This document shows positions 11,646 through 23,327 of a stretch of 64,000 bases of DNA, piece after piece. The position numbers were made by a program, and so were the translations under genes. Position 1 is the stretch's first letter. The number at the start of each line of letters is the position of its first letter. Where the stretch lies: assembly GCA_024137785.1 (NCBI GenBank), contig JAHRHZ010000075.1, positions 1,029,210-1,093,209 on the forward strand. The letters are read 5' to 3'. The notes below the pieces were generated by a model. That model saw only the letters and a program-made list of their open reading frames with translations. It did no database searches and was not told the DNA's origin. The stretch is from Ginglymostoma cirratum. Taxonomy: Eukaryota.

Positions 11646-13586
11646 CTGCTGTCTTGGCCAATTTTTGAACTGATTTCTCTTTTTCACATTCTACTTCACT
11701 ACCTCCTGTTTTAATTATACTGTATTTTACTTCCCCAGTATCTTTCTAATACTTTTTGCTTCTTATTTCTATGTTAATTAAGAATTATGCAGATAATATG
11801 TATGTTGGATATTTGGTAACTATGATAACAGCATTGATATTGTGATGATTTGGCCACTACCCTAAAAGACAAAATCTTTTGTTTATTTAAATAAAGGGTA
11901 CATTAGTTTATTTATGGTATTCAGCACACTCAGTTGTACTGTTTAGTTTTTGCAGTGCATTCAACATCAAATAATTATAGCATTGAGTCTAAAAGCTAGT
12001 TCAGAAATATGGAAGGAACGTACAAATTGTGCAAATATCTGGCATTAAATCCAAGCAGCATTCCCATTCACATTATTTTTAGACAATTGGAGTTGGCCAG
12101 TTGCTGGAAATCTGATTGCCACTTTATTGCATTGTGTTCACAAGTAATAGAAGTAATAGAACTGTAGGTGAATAAATTAAGTAGCCACAATAAAACCTAT
12201 TGATGTAACTAGTAGGACAACAAGAAATGATTGATGCACTTTACACCTAATACTTGATTTTGTTTCATACTTCTATGTTCCTGACACATAAAAACAAAAC
12301 AAGAATCCAAAATCAAATACATCGCAATGAATCAAAATGTTTAATTATTTCGTGATTCCAAATCTCTTTCCAGTGTCAAAATGATTGTCTTTATCTATTC
12401 TCACTTGGAAAGTAAGCACTGTCACCGCTTAGCTTGAATATATGCAATGCCTTGACAATGTTCTCAGTTGTTATTCAACTATTTTATTCTATATTTGCAT
12501 ACCCTAAAACAACATGGGTAAAATATCGGACAGATTAAAGAATTATTATTGCTAATATACCATGATCGATTGCTTTTCGCATCGCAACAGAACTTGAATA
12601 CAAAAACAGAATTTCCTGCTATGTATTTACCGGTTTTAATTTTGACGAAGGAACAAACAATTATGTTCTCCCTAAAAGGATTTTGGGAAACAATGGCTGT
12701 ATTTTCCTCAATACCACCACTAATACCATTAGTCCTTTCTTTACAAATGCAGCCTGGCCGCTGGAGTATTTTCACCACCTCCAATATTTATTCTATATTT
12801 TTCTTCGTTTCCTGATTTTCGTGGATAGGTAGATGTCAATTACATTGTTTGTTTACACCAAAATGAGTGAATGGTCAAATATGCAACCTATTCCCGATAA
12901 TTTAAGTCATTTCGCTCGAAAATAATTGAATTAATTGGTATTTTCCTTCAAACAACACAAGAGCAAAATGGTAATTTAATATGAAAAGGTAAAACATTAG
13001 CTGATACGAAGTAAAAAGAACCTGTAGTTGTAAGACGTCCTTGCTAAATAGTCCACGATAGTTATATATATGGTTATTTCTGAAATAAAAAATGAATATC
13101 GTGTTTACGGATGCGTTGTATCAATTTGCACCGTTACGTTGACTAATATGAAGCATCAATAGAAATTAGCTAAATCAAACACAATTGTACAAAATAAATT
13201 GATTCGCCATTATTTTCAGTGTTAAATCAGTGGAATATGATATTAAATCAACATCAGTGTCGAATAATAAGTGCAGGAACGGGCTACGGCATACCAAAGT
13301 TACGAAATATTTGATGCACTACTGCTTAGCACTGCCGCCAGATGGAGGAATCGTTTAATGTTTTAGACGTTGTCAACTTTGCCTCTGCTCGCAACAGCCC
13401 ATAGCACTTTGAACGCACAATGGTCAGCTGGTCAGTGTTACAGGAAACATAAATGTGATATTAATGAATTATCTAGTGTGCGAACCTGTCTACCGTAGTA
13501 TAAAACTGTTGCTTTATCTTCGTAATTTACATTTGTACCAAAGTTTTTCAGAAACTTCCTAGAACAATGAAATAAATATCAGTGAA

Positions 13587-13760
13587 TATCAGCAGCATCA
13601 GAGGAGCAGGAAAGCTGCTGAAATCAGAGGAGCAGGAAAGCTGCTGATATTTATTTCAGCAGCTTTCCTGCTCCTCTGATGCTGCTTGGCCTGCTGTGTT
13701 CATCCAGCTCAACGCCTTATTATCTCAGATTCTCCAGCATCGGCAGCTCCTACTATCCCC
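13587..13760 (+). mobile_element. Penelope-derived repeat, subfamily B, with duplicated inverted 5' arm
   Basis: 13-bp TSD AAATATCAGTGAA at 13574-13586 and 13761-13773. Body agctttcctgctcctctgatgctgcttggcctgctgtgttcatccagctc. Confidence 0.85.
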
Positions 13761-14559
13761 AAATATCAGTGAAGTCAGCTTAAGTATAAAAGAGAAAGCG
13801 TTTGAAGTGTTTTAACAGCTCATTTAAATAAGATATCAGTGACTGCAAATTAATACTTCATTTCGCTAAATACACGTGCTCCTCAAAAAGACTGCATCTA
13901 GATTTGTTTTTCTAGGACAATTGTATTTATTCAACACATGGAATATTCTTGCACTGATGGGACGCTCGAGTTATTTTGACATACTCCTTAAACTTGAATT
14001 CCGTATATCATGTCGAAGCAATTCACCTCTATATAATATCAATGCCGTATAATTTTATATATGCACTAGAGGGACCATCTCTGGTGATGAACACCATTCA
14101 TTGAAATAGGTGATCACGGTTCCAGTGTATCTCTTACCGATCTCGTCATGTTTGTTGGCTTGTAAAATATAGTAAATGCATGTTCCACATCATTTTAAAA
14201 AAATGTTGCGTGAAAAGTTGGATGCAAAATTCGTAATTTCAACTTTTAACTTCCGCGCTTTACGTGCAAGCATGCTTCGAAACGGTCTGACTGATGCATA
14301 ATACACACCCCTCCCGCAAAACAAAACAAAACTACATGTCCTGGGAGTTAGGAACTGAATGAACGGTGGAAGGATCTCCTTGGACGAACGGACAAAGTCT
14401 GGTGTAAATTTGGAGTCTGGAGTGGATTGAAAGCGTGTGTTGTTTGGGAAGTGGGCTTGAGGGAAACTGAATAGATCAGGGGCTCCAGGTCAACACTCAT
14501 TCACACCCCTCCCCTCCCAATCCGCCTCAGAGGTAGGTGTTGGAGTTGAGGGTGAGAAG

Positions 14560-15007
14560 TGTAAGGGGGGTAGGGGGGTGGGGAGACGGTTTTTTCCCCG
14601 CCCCCTGGTTGCGGGGGCTGGGTAGAGCGCTGGGCTTGGCCAATGAGGGAGCGATGAGGGCTGGGCGGCGCGCCGAGTAGGCGGGTACCTGGGCGGGGCT
14701 CGGCTCCGTGTGAGTGAGGGCGGGAGGAGTGTAGTGTGTCTAATGGGGGTGGGGGGGGGGAGGCTGGAGCGCTGCTCTCGGGCAGACTGAGCGCTGCTGC
14801 TGAGGAACGACTGAGTGGCTTTTCCTTTTTTTAACCCTCCCCCCACCCTTCCTTCACATTTTTTTTCAAAATTTCACACACTCCCACCTCCGTCCACCCC
14901 CCCTCCCCTCCCCACTCTTTCCTCTCTCTATCTCCAAATTCAAACCCAGTCGAAAGGACACGGGCGCCTGAAGCGGCAGCGGTTTGTCAAATTGCACAGC
15001 GGGCGGG
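14560..15007 (+). promoter_or_regulatory. GC-rich promoter / 5'UTR of GDF6 (CpG island core)
   Basis: GC boxes at 14596-14605 (ccccgccccc) and 14691-14700 (gggcggggct), CCAAT at 14640-14644, high CpG and G-runs. No clear TATA. The TSS is not determinable from sequence. Confidence 0.7.
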
Positions 15008-15383
15008 ATGGAGGCGCTCCGAGCCGCTGCTCTGCTCCTCTGCTCGGTCACCTGTTGCTGCTGGTGGGATTTACAGGGCGTGGAGCCTGCAGCGCTGTCC
15101 CCGGCTCCCAGATCCTCCTCCCCGGGGACCGGGCTCAGCGGCGGCGGCCCGGGGCCCCACACGGATGCCAGGGCGAGGAAACTGCTACTGATGAAGGAGA
15201 GCGGTCCGCCCTCTGCCCGGGGCCGCCGCCGCCGCCGAGCTCACAGCGTGGTCCCTCACCACTTCATGATGTCCATCTACACGGCTCACTCGGCAGCCGA
15301 GAGACTCGGAATCAACGCCAGCCTCCTCCGAGCCGCTAGGTCTGCAGCTAACACCATCACCGGCTTCGTGGATAGAGCCGAAG
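15008..15383 (+). CDS. GDF6: Growth/differentiation factor 6 (BMP13), coding exon 1: signal peptide and N-terminal prodomain
   Basis: ATG at 15008 in strong Kozak context (gggATGG). Translation MEALRAAALLLCSVTCCCWWDL...VVPHHFMMSIY...AERLGINAS...ANTITGFVDRAE matches GDF6 prodomain landmarks (WDL, VVPH, LGINAS, ANTITxFVDR). The exon ends GAA G|gttggt, a phase-1 donor at 15384. Confidence 0.93.
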
Positions 15384-15622
15384 GTTGGTCCAACCGTTCC
15401 ACCCCCCCCAACCCCGCCTCAGCCGTCTCTTTACCGGGTCGTGCGTCCGTTTGCTTTCCTTCGCCTCGACCCTCGTTTATATCCTTCAGGCTGAAAATTC
15501 ATGTCTTTTTATCACGCGTATTGTTTGTTTTCAAGTTGGCCGGACGGTACGTTGTGTCCGCAGTAAACCACTTTGTAGAAACGGCTTATGCGCATCTGGC
15601 ATCCAGTAGTGCGTTACTGATC

Positions 15623-15639
15623 AGAGAGAGAGAGAGAGA
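15623..15639. repeat. (AG)n microsatellite
   Basis: Direct reading. Confidence 0.95.
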
Positions 15640-18600
15640 ACGACTGCTAGCAATTTCTTGCGCATTTTACCTTCGCAAAATTAAATCAGAGGGAGGGATG
15701 GTATAAAATTGTAGGGGTGACTTAAGACACAATAGAAGACACTTAATTACGTACGTTGTTGAGGAAACGAAGAACATTTTTTATAACTCCCTCCCCTCCA
15801 GAAAGATCCTACGGTCTTTGATTTTATGTCATGCGGGACCTATCGTCGTGTCCTGATTTTAAAACAGTTGGAAAAACACTTTAAAATTCAGCCTTAAAAC
15901 CAACAGGCTTCAAAGCAGCGCAACGTAAAGATTGATTGGAGCTTTATCATTGAAGTTGCGATATGAGGATTACCTGTACTGCTATCCACACGCATTGTGG
16001 GAGTTAATGTACTTTTATTTTCCTCGGCACGCACTGCTCCATTCTCTAAACACTTGGCAAAATAGTCAAACTAGTTGCAAGCCCTCAGAATTAATCTCAA
16101 AACGGGAAGCAGAAAGATCGGTTCGACCATAGCTTTAGTTCAAGCTAAAACCTGTGCGTTTGATTTGTTCACAAGAGGGGACAGTGGAAGCAGGAGCTCG
16201 AGATCATTGGGCAGGTATTAAGCTGGCGGTGTGACAGGGGCTGCAAATCGATTAATATTTCATAAAGCTGATTACTGTCTGTGAACTGTGAAAAAGCTGC
16301 AGATTCTGAGCAGGTTGATAATCGGTTTACAGTTAACGGCACATTTCTCAATGTGTCAAAACTACACCTTCCGTACAGTCCAGGCAAGTTTGTTTCCCCC
16401 CAAGAACTAGTTCAATGAGGAAATGTTTTTGGAGCCGAAGTTGACGTTTACTTGTGACTAATAACATGCTAATTGATGTTAGGTTTTATTGACTGTTGTA
16501 AATGCTGTCCTTGCCCTGTTATCCATGACATAGACCCTCCTTTAGCATTACCTGTCTGATGTTCAGTGTAGAACGGGAACACTGTTCACCCATCCCCCCC
16601 TCCCCTTGCAGCTTTCGTTGAAATCAGCGGCATTGATTGGCCAGTGAAAAGGGAACGGTGTAAATCACCTTAATTTATTTCATGGTGATCTTTAATTTTG
16701 CCTCGCTTGTCTTGAGCCCGGACACCAGACACATGGCCCTTCAGATGTTGAGTGTGGCTTCGCCTGCGGCTTCATTCTGGAGTTAGCTGAGTTCGCTGGC
16801 GCAGAGCCTACCTGTGCGGTCGGGTTATTACTCGCCGTGTTTCCCAATGAGGATACCAAAAATAGGATGGTGGCCTGGAGTACTGGCAAACACCCAGGGA
16901 TAACACAGGATTGGAGTTGAAGAATCTGCTAATCTCTCCGCGCACCTGAACAAAGGTCTGAAATTACCTTCAGAGACTCACCGATATTTCAGAAGGTTTG
17001 AAAAGACGGGTTTTAGGGGAATTCGGGAGCATCCCTCTTAAACAGCCCCAAGCAATTCAAGTAAACCGCGTCTTTATCTTTCGAACCCACGCTCTCTGTC
17101 CGCCTTGTGTGATTACGAAAGTGGTGAGAGCGACAAAATCTAAATTATTTGCAACTCTTCACAAAGAGACGGGGAATGTTCAGGACATTGCGGCGAGGGT
17201 GGGGTGGGGTGGGGGGGGGTTGAAGGGAGCAGAGTGAAATCCACAGCCAATCGAAAAGGATGCCAAAGATATGTACAGAACGACATTTGGGCTGTTAGCG
17301 GCAAAGCACGACTGAAAGCTAATCGATTTCTTGATTTTTGGGAGAAATCAGAAAGCAAGTCTCCAGATTGCAATGTGTAAACCCCGGAAAGAATTGTGTG
17401 AACCAGTGGGTCTGTTAAAACATTGTTCCCATTTATCTCGGCGGTTGGGTTCTCTATTCATTGCGAGACCGTCAACTTCGGGTCAAAACAAAACCTTCCT
17501 CGATTGAACTAGTTCTGAGGGAAATTTTTCTGCGGCTGTCTGGACTGTACGGGACATGTTGGGAAATGCGCTGTTAACTGGAAACTGATTACAAACCTGT
17601 TCGGGGTCGAAACATTGTCACAGTCATCTCCATGAAATAATAGGTTTTATTTTTAAGCGAAGTTCCTTTAGCATCATAAATGGAATGCCTCGTTCAAACG
17701 CGGGAAGCAAGTTTTTCATTCGAGAACCGACTGGGGTGTAACTTGATGACAGTTTCTCGGTTTGGGCCTGCTTGTTGTGAACAAGCTCGAGAAAACTAGT
17801 GGCTGGAGTGAGAGCCTCAGTCGTCTCGCTGATGTGATTTAATGTGTCACCGCTGTGACCTTGCACTGGACCTTCTGAGGGTTGCTTAGCATAAAGACAG
17901 TGATTTGAGTATTTGAACTCAATGATCTAATTGAGTGTTCATGTCACAACATATCAAACATTGCCTGTTCTCCTATAATGACCTGGTCCAGCCAATCGCA
18001 AATCCCCAAAACTCAACAGCACTTCCGTTCCTCTTGAAGTGGTTATTTCTTTTACTACCCACCACCCTCCGTGATCGCTACTTTGCAAGGCATTAATTGC
18101 TGGATCTGAATTCCGCTGCTCGCTAGAACTGAACAGACGTTTTAGCAACGAAGCCATTTCTTCAACAACAAAAAAGTCCTTTCAGAACCAGCTTCTAACC
18201 GGCTGCATCTGTTCCAACTGAGCACTCCTGGTGTTAGATCAGTTTTAGAAATAAGTTGATACTTTAAAACAAAAAAAAACGCACACACATGCACAAATAA
18301 TAAAGTAGGGCTGGAGAAATATGCGAGTTTCATCGTTCGTTACGGTCGCAAGATCAGACAAGAGCTAGTTGAATGTAGCAAAATTACTCTTGGCACATGA
18401 AGTAACTCATTAAAACGCAGATGGTAAGCGCTGGCCCCGGCAACTCCAGCAATAGAACTTGCAGGGTAAAACCCGACAATTAGGGGGAAGGAATTCAAGA
18501 AAATACGTCGGGATTACCAGCAACATCTAGCAAATTAAAAGACCATTTTCTCCAGTCTCATCAACAGCGCTGGTGATAACGATTCTGTCTAACCGTGCGT

Positions 18601-21600
18601 CACTGTGTCTGTAATGAAGTACACAATCGAATCTGCGATTGCATTTTCCAAGTCGGGATAATGGTTTCTGTTCGAGAGTTGCATCTGTCTGCTTGAGGTT
18701 AAATACATCATTAGTTGGATTTGAAATCCATCATGTGCTCCAGGTTTCGTTTGCAGTGTGATACAGCCGTGTTTAACACAAGCGACAAGAGCCTGAAAAA
18801 TCAGCTAGTTTTTCAGAATCTGTGACGTTGTATTTTAACCAGAAGAACGAACCTCTCGATATCTTAAGCTAATTCAGGACTGAATAGAATTGAACGCAAA
18901 AACTGTTGTCTTTACAAACTTTTAAGACGTTAGGGAAATGAAATATAAGTAGAGAAGTATTTTAATGGATGAAGAGGGAATTGGAAACTGTTAATTATTT
19001 GGTGACCTTGTATTCGATTTGTTTGAGGGCCATATAAAAAAAAGCACTAATGTGGAACAGACGCTTAAAGTAACTGCCCAAACAGAAGGTTCCAATCTAA
19101 GTTTAATATCACACAGTGCTCAGAGAAAGTGAAGGGAGAAGGGATATCCAAACGATTAGTGGCATCAGCCGACCAAGTCGAAACGTGAACCATCGGTAAG
19201 CAAAGTCCTTGCCGTACATTGTAGAAATATTTAAGATGTGTGTTTTATGGAAACGCCGCTGCTACATAATTCAGTTAAACTGAAGAAACTGGACGAAAGA
19301 TTAATAAATGACTCTTTTCGAAGTCGCTTTCCTTTCAATCTCACATTTACTGGGTATAATTTTAACTGCATTTAGTTTACGATTTCTATCAGGTGGAAAT
19401 ATTGAAACAATTCCCGGCGTTTAAGGGGGTAATCTGACAGTATTAAATGTAATCGTTCCAAACCAGAGCTTCACAGAACTCCTTCCCTGTTAACGCACGT
19501 TAACGGCATGCACCATTTTGTTTAAAATAAGATGTGTTGGGACTCAAAGCTTTGCTTATTCCGTGGTGTTTCTTAACACCATACAACACTTTGACGCTCC
19601 GGGAGTAGAATCGATGTTGGCACAATGCAAATTGGTTTGTGGTTTAAATTAGTCCGCTCCCGTGCTGGATGGGGAATTATGGAGGTCAGAGCCGATCTCA
19701 AGAAGGGAAACCATTTCAGCGTTCTGTGCTGTTTAATGGCAGTTCCGTGTGTTTACAATGAAGCCTGTTGCCGACTTGGGGGATGCATAGATCAGGAAAA
19801 CAGATTAGGAGATGGCAGACTTCTAGAAAGAGCAGATGATAAGTATAGACGCAGAACGAATCAAGTACAGTAGACAGAACTACAAGTAAGAGCAGCTCAT
19901 TTTTAGTAGCGCCGTTAATTTACCTGCAACAAAACAAAACTAAACGTTTTCAGACTGTCGTCTGCGCTTCAGGTTTGGAAAGTAAACTTAATTATTAAAC
20001 CCAATCCTGATTTAGCAACTGAACTCAACCAAGGCAAGTGCTGTCTTCATGTCTGAGTGGAAAACACTCATTTAGGATTTTAATTCAGTGTCTTTTTTCC
20101 ACTTCAAAACATGACAATAGAAGGCCGGATAAGCTCACAGACCGGAATGTGGAGCACTCGTCTCCGCCGCGTTGTCTCTTTTTGAGAGGTTTTGTGGAGC
20201 GGTCGATGTGGGGAGAAGGTAGCAGCAGCTCCCTGGAGCCAGTCTTCCATGACATAGCAACCTGGCACGTCTGACATTAGTCGTTTGGCTGGATCTACCT
20301 GTTCCATCCTTTAATTATACATCTGTAAGGTGTAAACAATTTACAAACATATGTGCGGAATCCTGCTTGAAGCTTCCATATTTCCCGTGGGTTTTTGCGA
20401 ATTCAACTTGTGTCCTGAGTTGCAGAAATAACTGTGAAAAGCATAATTTTCATATTTGGGAATAATAAAGTAACTATCATTAGTCTGCTTACTTTCTGAT
20501 AGCTTGTCAGGTTTATTTTATATTGGTAAATCTAAATACTTTCTGCTATTGGTAAATTAAACTGTAAAACAGTTACGGTTCACTATATGCAACATCCAGG
20601 AATTCACCGCAACAACACAGTCATGTTTACACCCTGATCGTGTCCGTCCCTAACTGAGCTTCAGCCCCACCTACTCCCCTCCATTCAAAGGAAGTTGAAA
20701 CGAATTCAGGGGAGGACAATGCAGCACTCTATGAAGAAACTCTGCTTTAGAGTGAGCGGAGTGCTCCACAGAGGCCAGGTGGAGGTTTCTTTGTGAATAC
20801 CCATCTCAGACACTGGCTTTCTGTAAATTTACACAAAAAAAACTTAAAAATCCACACGGGAAATGTAATCCATTGCCCATGTGGAGCATACCGTCTGGAA
20901 TCTCCTCTGCAGTCTGCATGGTACTTTATCGGCGTGAATGTGAACTGTCTATAGCTCTAGAATTCCAGAAAGGGATTATTCTCTTCATCTTTGTTATAAG
21001 TGAAACTTTATTTCCGTTCTGTGACAGAACTGATGTAATGTAGGGATGCATCGGGTTCACAAAGCTTGACCAGTCTTTCTGCCTGATGTATGCACAATCG
21101 CGGTTTGTCGCACAGTCTGGTCCACACGTCAACCAGCACAACCTAATCATTAAAGGAAGACTTCATGAGGCAGAGTGACCACGGCACTCAGAGCAGGAGA
21201 AGGAGGATGGGGAGAACAGTGTATTGGGAATCAGTCTTAACAGTACAGTTATTCAGGAATTGTAATATTAAAGGCTGGTGCTATTTGCCTGCTAAATGTA
21301 TTGTACACTGTGTATGTAATAATTGAGTTTTGAGTTTAAAAAGTCCCGATAAAACGAAAAGTTGAATTTGGAAAAGTCAAACAATACATTTACAATAGGT
21401 TGGTGTTCTTTAATTTGGAAGGCAGTGTCAGAATGGCGAACGACTACACGGGCAGGCACCGGTCATGAATGAAGAGACGTTAAGTGCTCTCCTAATTAAA
21501 GGTGGATGCATTAGAGACAAGAACATGGAATTATTCATCCGGTTCAAATCTGTTAAAATTGGCACAGCTCAGTCTGTGTGGCAAAGTTTGGTTCTTCTCT

Positions 21601-22211
21601 GGAAAGGAAGGCTCACAGGCAGTTCCCCAACATGACGTACAAGTGCCGCATGTCAATGGTAATGGTCTCGGTTTTATGCATTTCATTACGAATGCCTGTG
21701 GCCCGAACGAACCAAGAGGTACCAGCTAGGGGTCAGTGGTGGGACACTGGGTTGGTTAAAAGACTGAATCATTTGAGCATGCAGATATCTTAATCCTTCA
21801 CTTCTCAAAATTGCAGCAAAGATACACAACAAATTATGAATTCGGCAATGAAAATTTATACATAAAACATTGTAGTCTTAATCTGGGGAGAAAAAACACA
21901 TCGGTGTAACTATCTCGCTGTTGTGTGATAACCACTGAGCGAACAGTGCAGCTTCCCCACCTCCTTCATTGGTATCTGCACACCAAGCAGATACTGAGGT
22001 GGCAAGAGACCTCAGTCATGGACGGTAACTGGATGTTCTTGTAATTGGGAAAAAAAACTCCACGGAGTTTCAAATGTAATGCAAAACTGAGATGTTGGAT
22101 TTTTTAAATTCAAGACTTTGATTTTCATCACACCAGGCTGAACACCTTCTGAATCTAACCTGGAGTGAATGACATACTGCCTTCCCACCCCCCAGCCCCC
22201 GCCAAGCAAAC

Positions 22212-22330
22212 AATTTCTGAAACAAATGCAGTAAATACTGCAGATGCTGGAAATCTTAAATTAAAACAAGGTTCTCGAGAAACTCTTCTGTGAAAAGAAG
22301 AAAGTTTACGTTTCCAGTCCAGTGTGATTT
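22212..22330 (-). mobile_element. Degenerate Penelope-derived repeat in GDF6 intron
   Basis: aaatactgcagatgctggaaatct...tttacgtttccagtccagtg. Confidence 0.6.
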
Positions 22331-22524
22331 CTTGTAAAATAGACTTAGCACTACTACTCATTGATACTTCTTGTAGGTCCAACATTTTGGTGGTTGTATG
22401 CCGATTAACTGGATCATCCCACATGCAGGCGGCTGAACGATGATTGATTATTTCCGACTACAAGGGGTTGTGCAGTGATTTCTTTGGAGTGGTAGTTGTA
22501 GGTGGGGGCCGGTGTGTGTGTGTG

Positions 22525-22624
22525 NNNNNNNNNNNNNNNNNNNNNNNNNNNNNNNNNNNNNNNNNNNNNNNNNNNNNNNNNNNNNNNNNNNNNNNNNNNN
22601 NNNNNNNNNNNNNNNNNNNNNNNN
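22525..22624. other. Assembly gap (100 N) flanked by (GT)n and poly-G
   Basis: Direct reading; the true length is unknown. Confidence 0.99.
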
Positions 22625-23174
22625 GGGGGGGGGGAGGCGTGGGGGCGGGAGGGGAGTGGTGAGGTGAGGAAGTGCCTGTTTAAAATGCACATCTGCAACC
22701 CATATTAAACACTTCTTAGACTGTTGTTATAATATGCATAAGAGATTGCACTGTGGCTAAGAAGTGGAAGTTTACACACCGGCGGTTTCTTCATTCGTAT
22801 ATATAGGATCTAGTTTGGTAATTCGCTGCTTGGGATTGCAAGACCTTTTAAAGCGTCAGCTGAGCTCCTCTTAGCAATGTCGAACATTCAAAATGTTCGT
22901 ATCTGGGAGGCAAAGACAATTGAGCCCTTTTAATAATTACCTCGGCAGATTATTTGGATAAGGATTGGCTGCTATTTCTGAGGGAAATTCCCAAATCAGC
23001 GTCCTTTCTTTATGGCCCATTCAACAAAACGCTCTCAGACTCCAGAGTTTCAACCGCAATGGCACAGACAAACGACACATATGAAATATAGAGCACCACA
23101 ACTTGCAGACGGACTGGGCACGAAAAGTTAAACATGCTGGGCCGGTCCATTTCTGTTCAAGAAGCTGCAATGTT

Positions 23175-23327
23175 AAACCAACAGAACCGCGGATGCTGGA
23201 AATCAGAAACTAAAACAGAAATAGCTGAAGAGCTCAGCAGGTTTGGCAGCATCAGTGCGAGAGAAATCAGAGTTAATATTTCGGGCCCAGTGACCCTTCC
23301 ACTTCTTACCCCGCAATTTCTGTTTCT
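23175..23327 (-). mobile_element. Penelope-derived repeat, subfamily A, in GDF6 intron
   Basis: gcggatgctggaaatcagaaac...gagctcagcaggtttggcagcatc...cgggcccagtgacccttcc. Imperfect TSD gaagctgcaatgtt (23161-23174) / gaagctgaaatatt (23328-23341). Confidence 0.8.

Noticed and set aside
14490-15339. Overlapping ORFs 14490..14846(-), 14815..15339(+) and 14866..15162(-)
   Set aside because: Low-complexity Pro/Gly/Arg-rich shadow ORFs, expected in GC-rich CpG-island DNA.
14984-15706. 240-aa ORF as a single-exon protein
   Set aside because: It starts at TTG upstream of the real ATG (15008) and reads through the splice donor at 15384. The tail is intronic and includes an AG microsatellite.
22414-22708. 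ORFs spanning the N gap
   Set aside because: Artefacts of the 100-N assembly gap.
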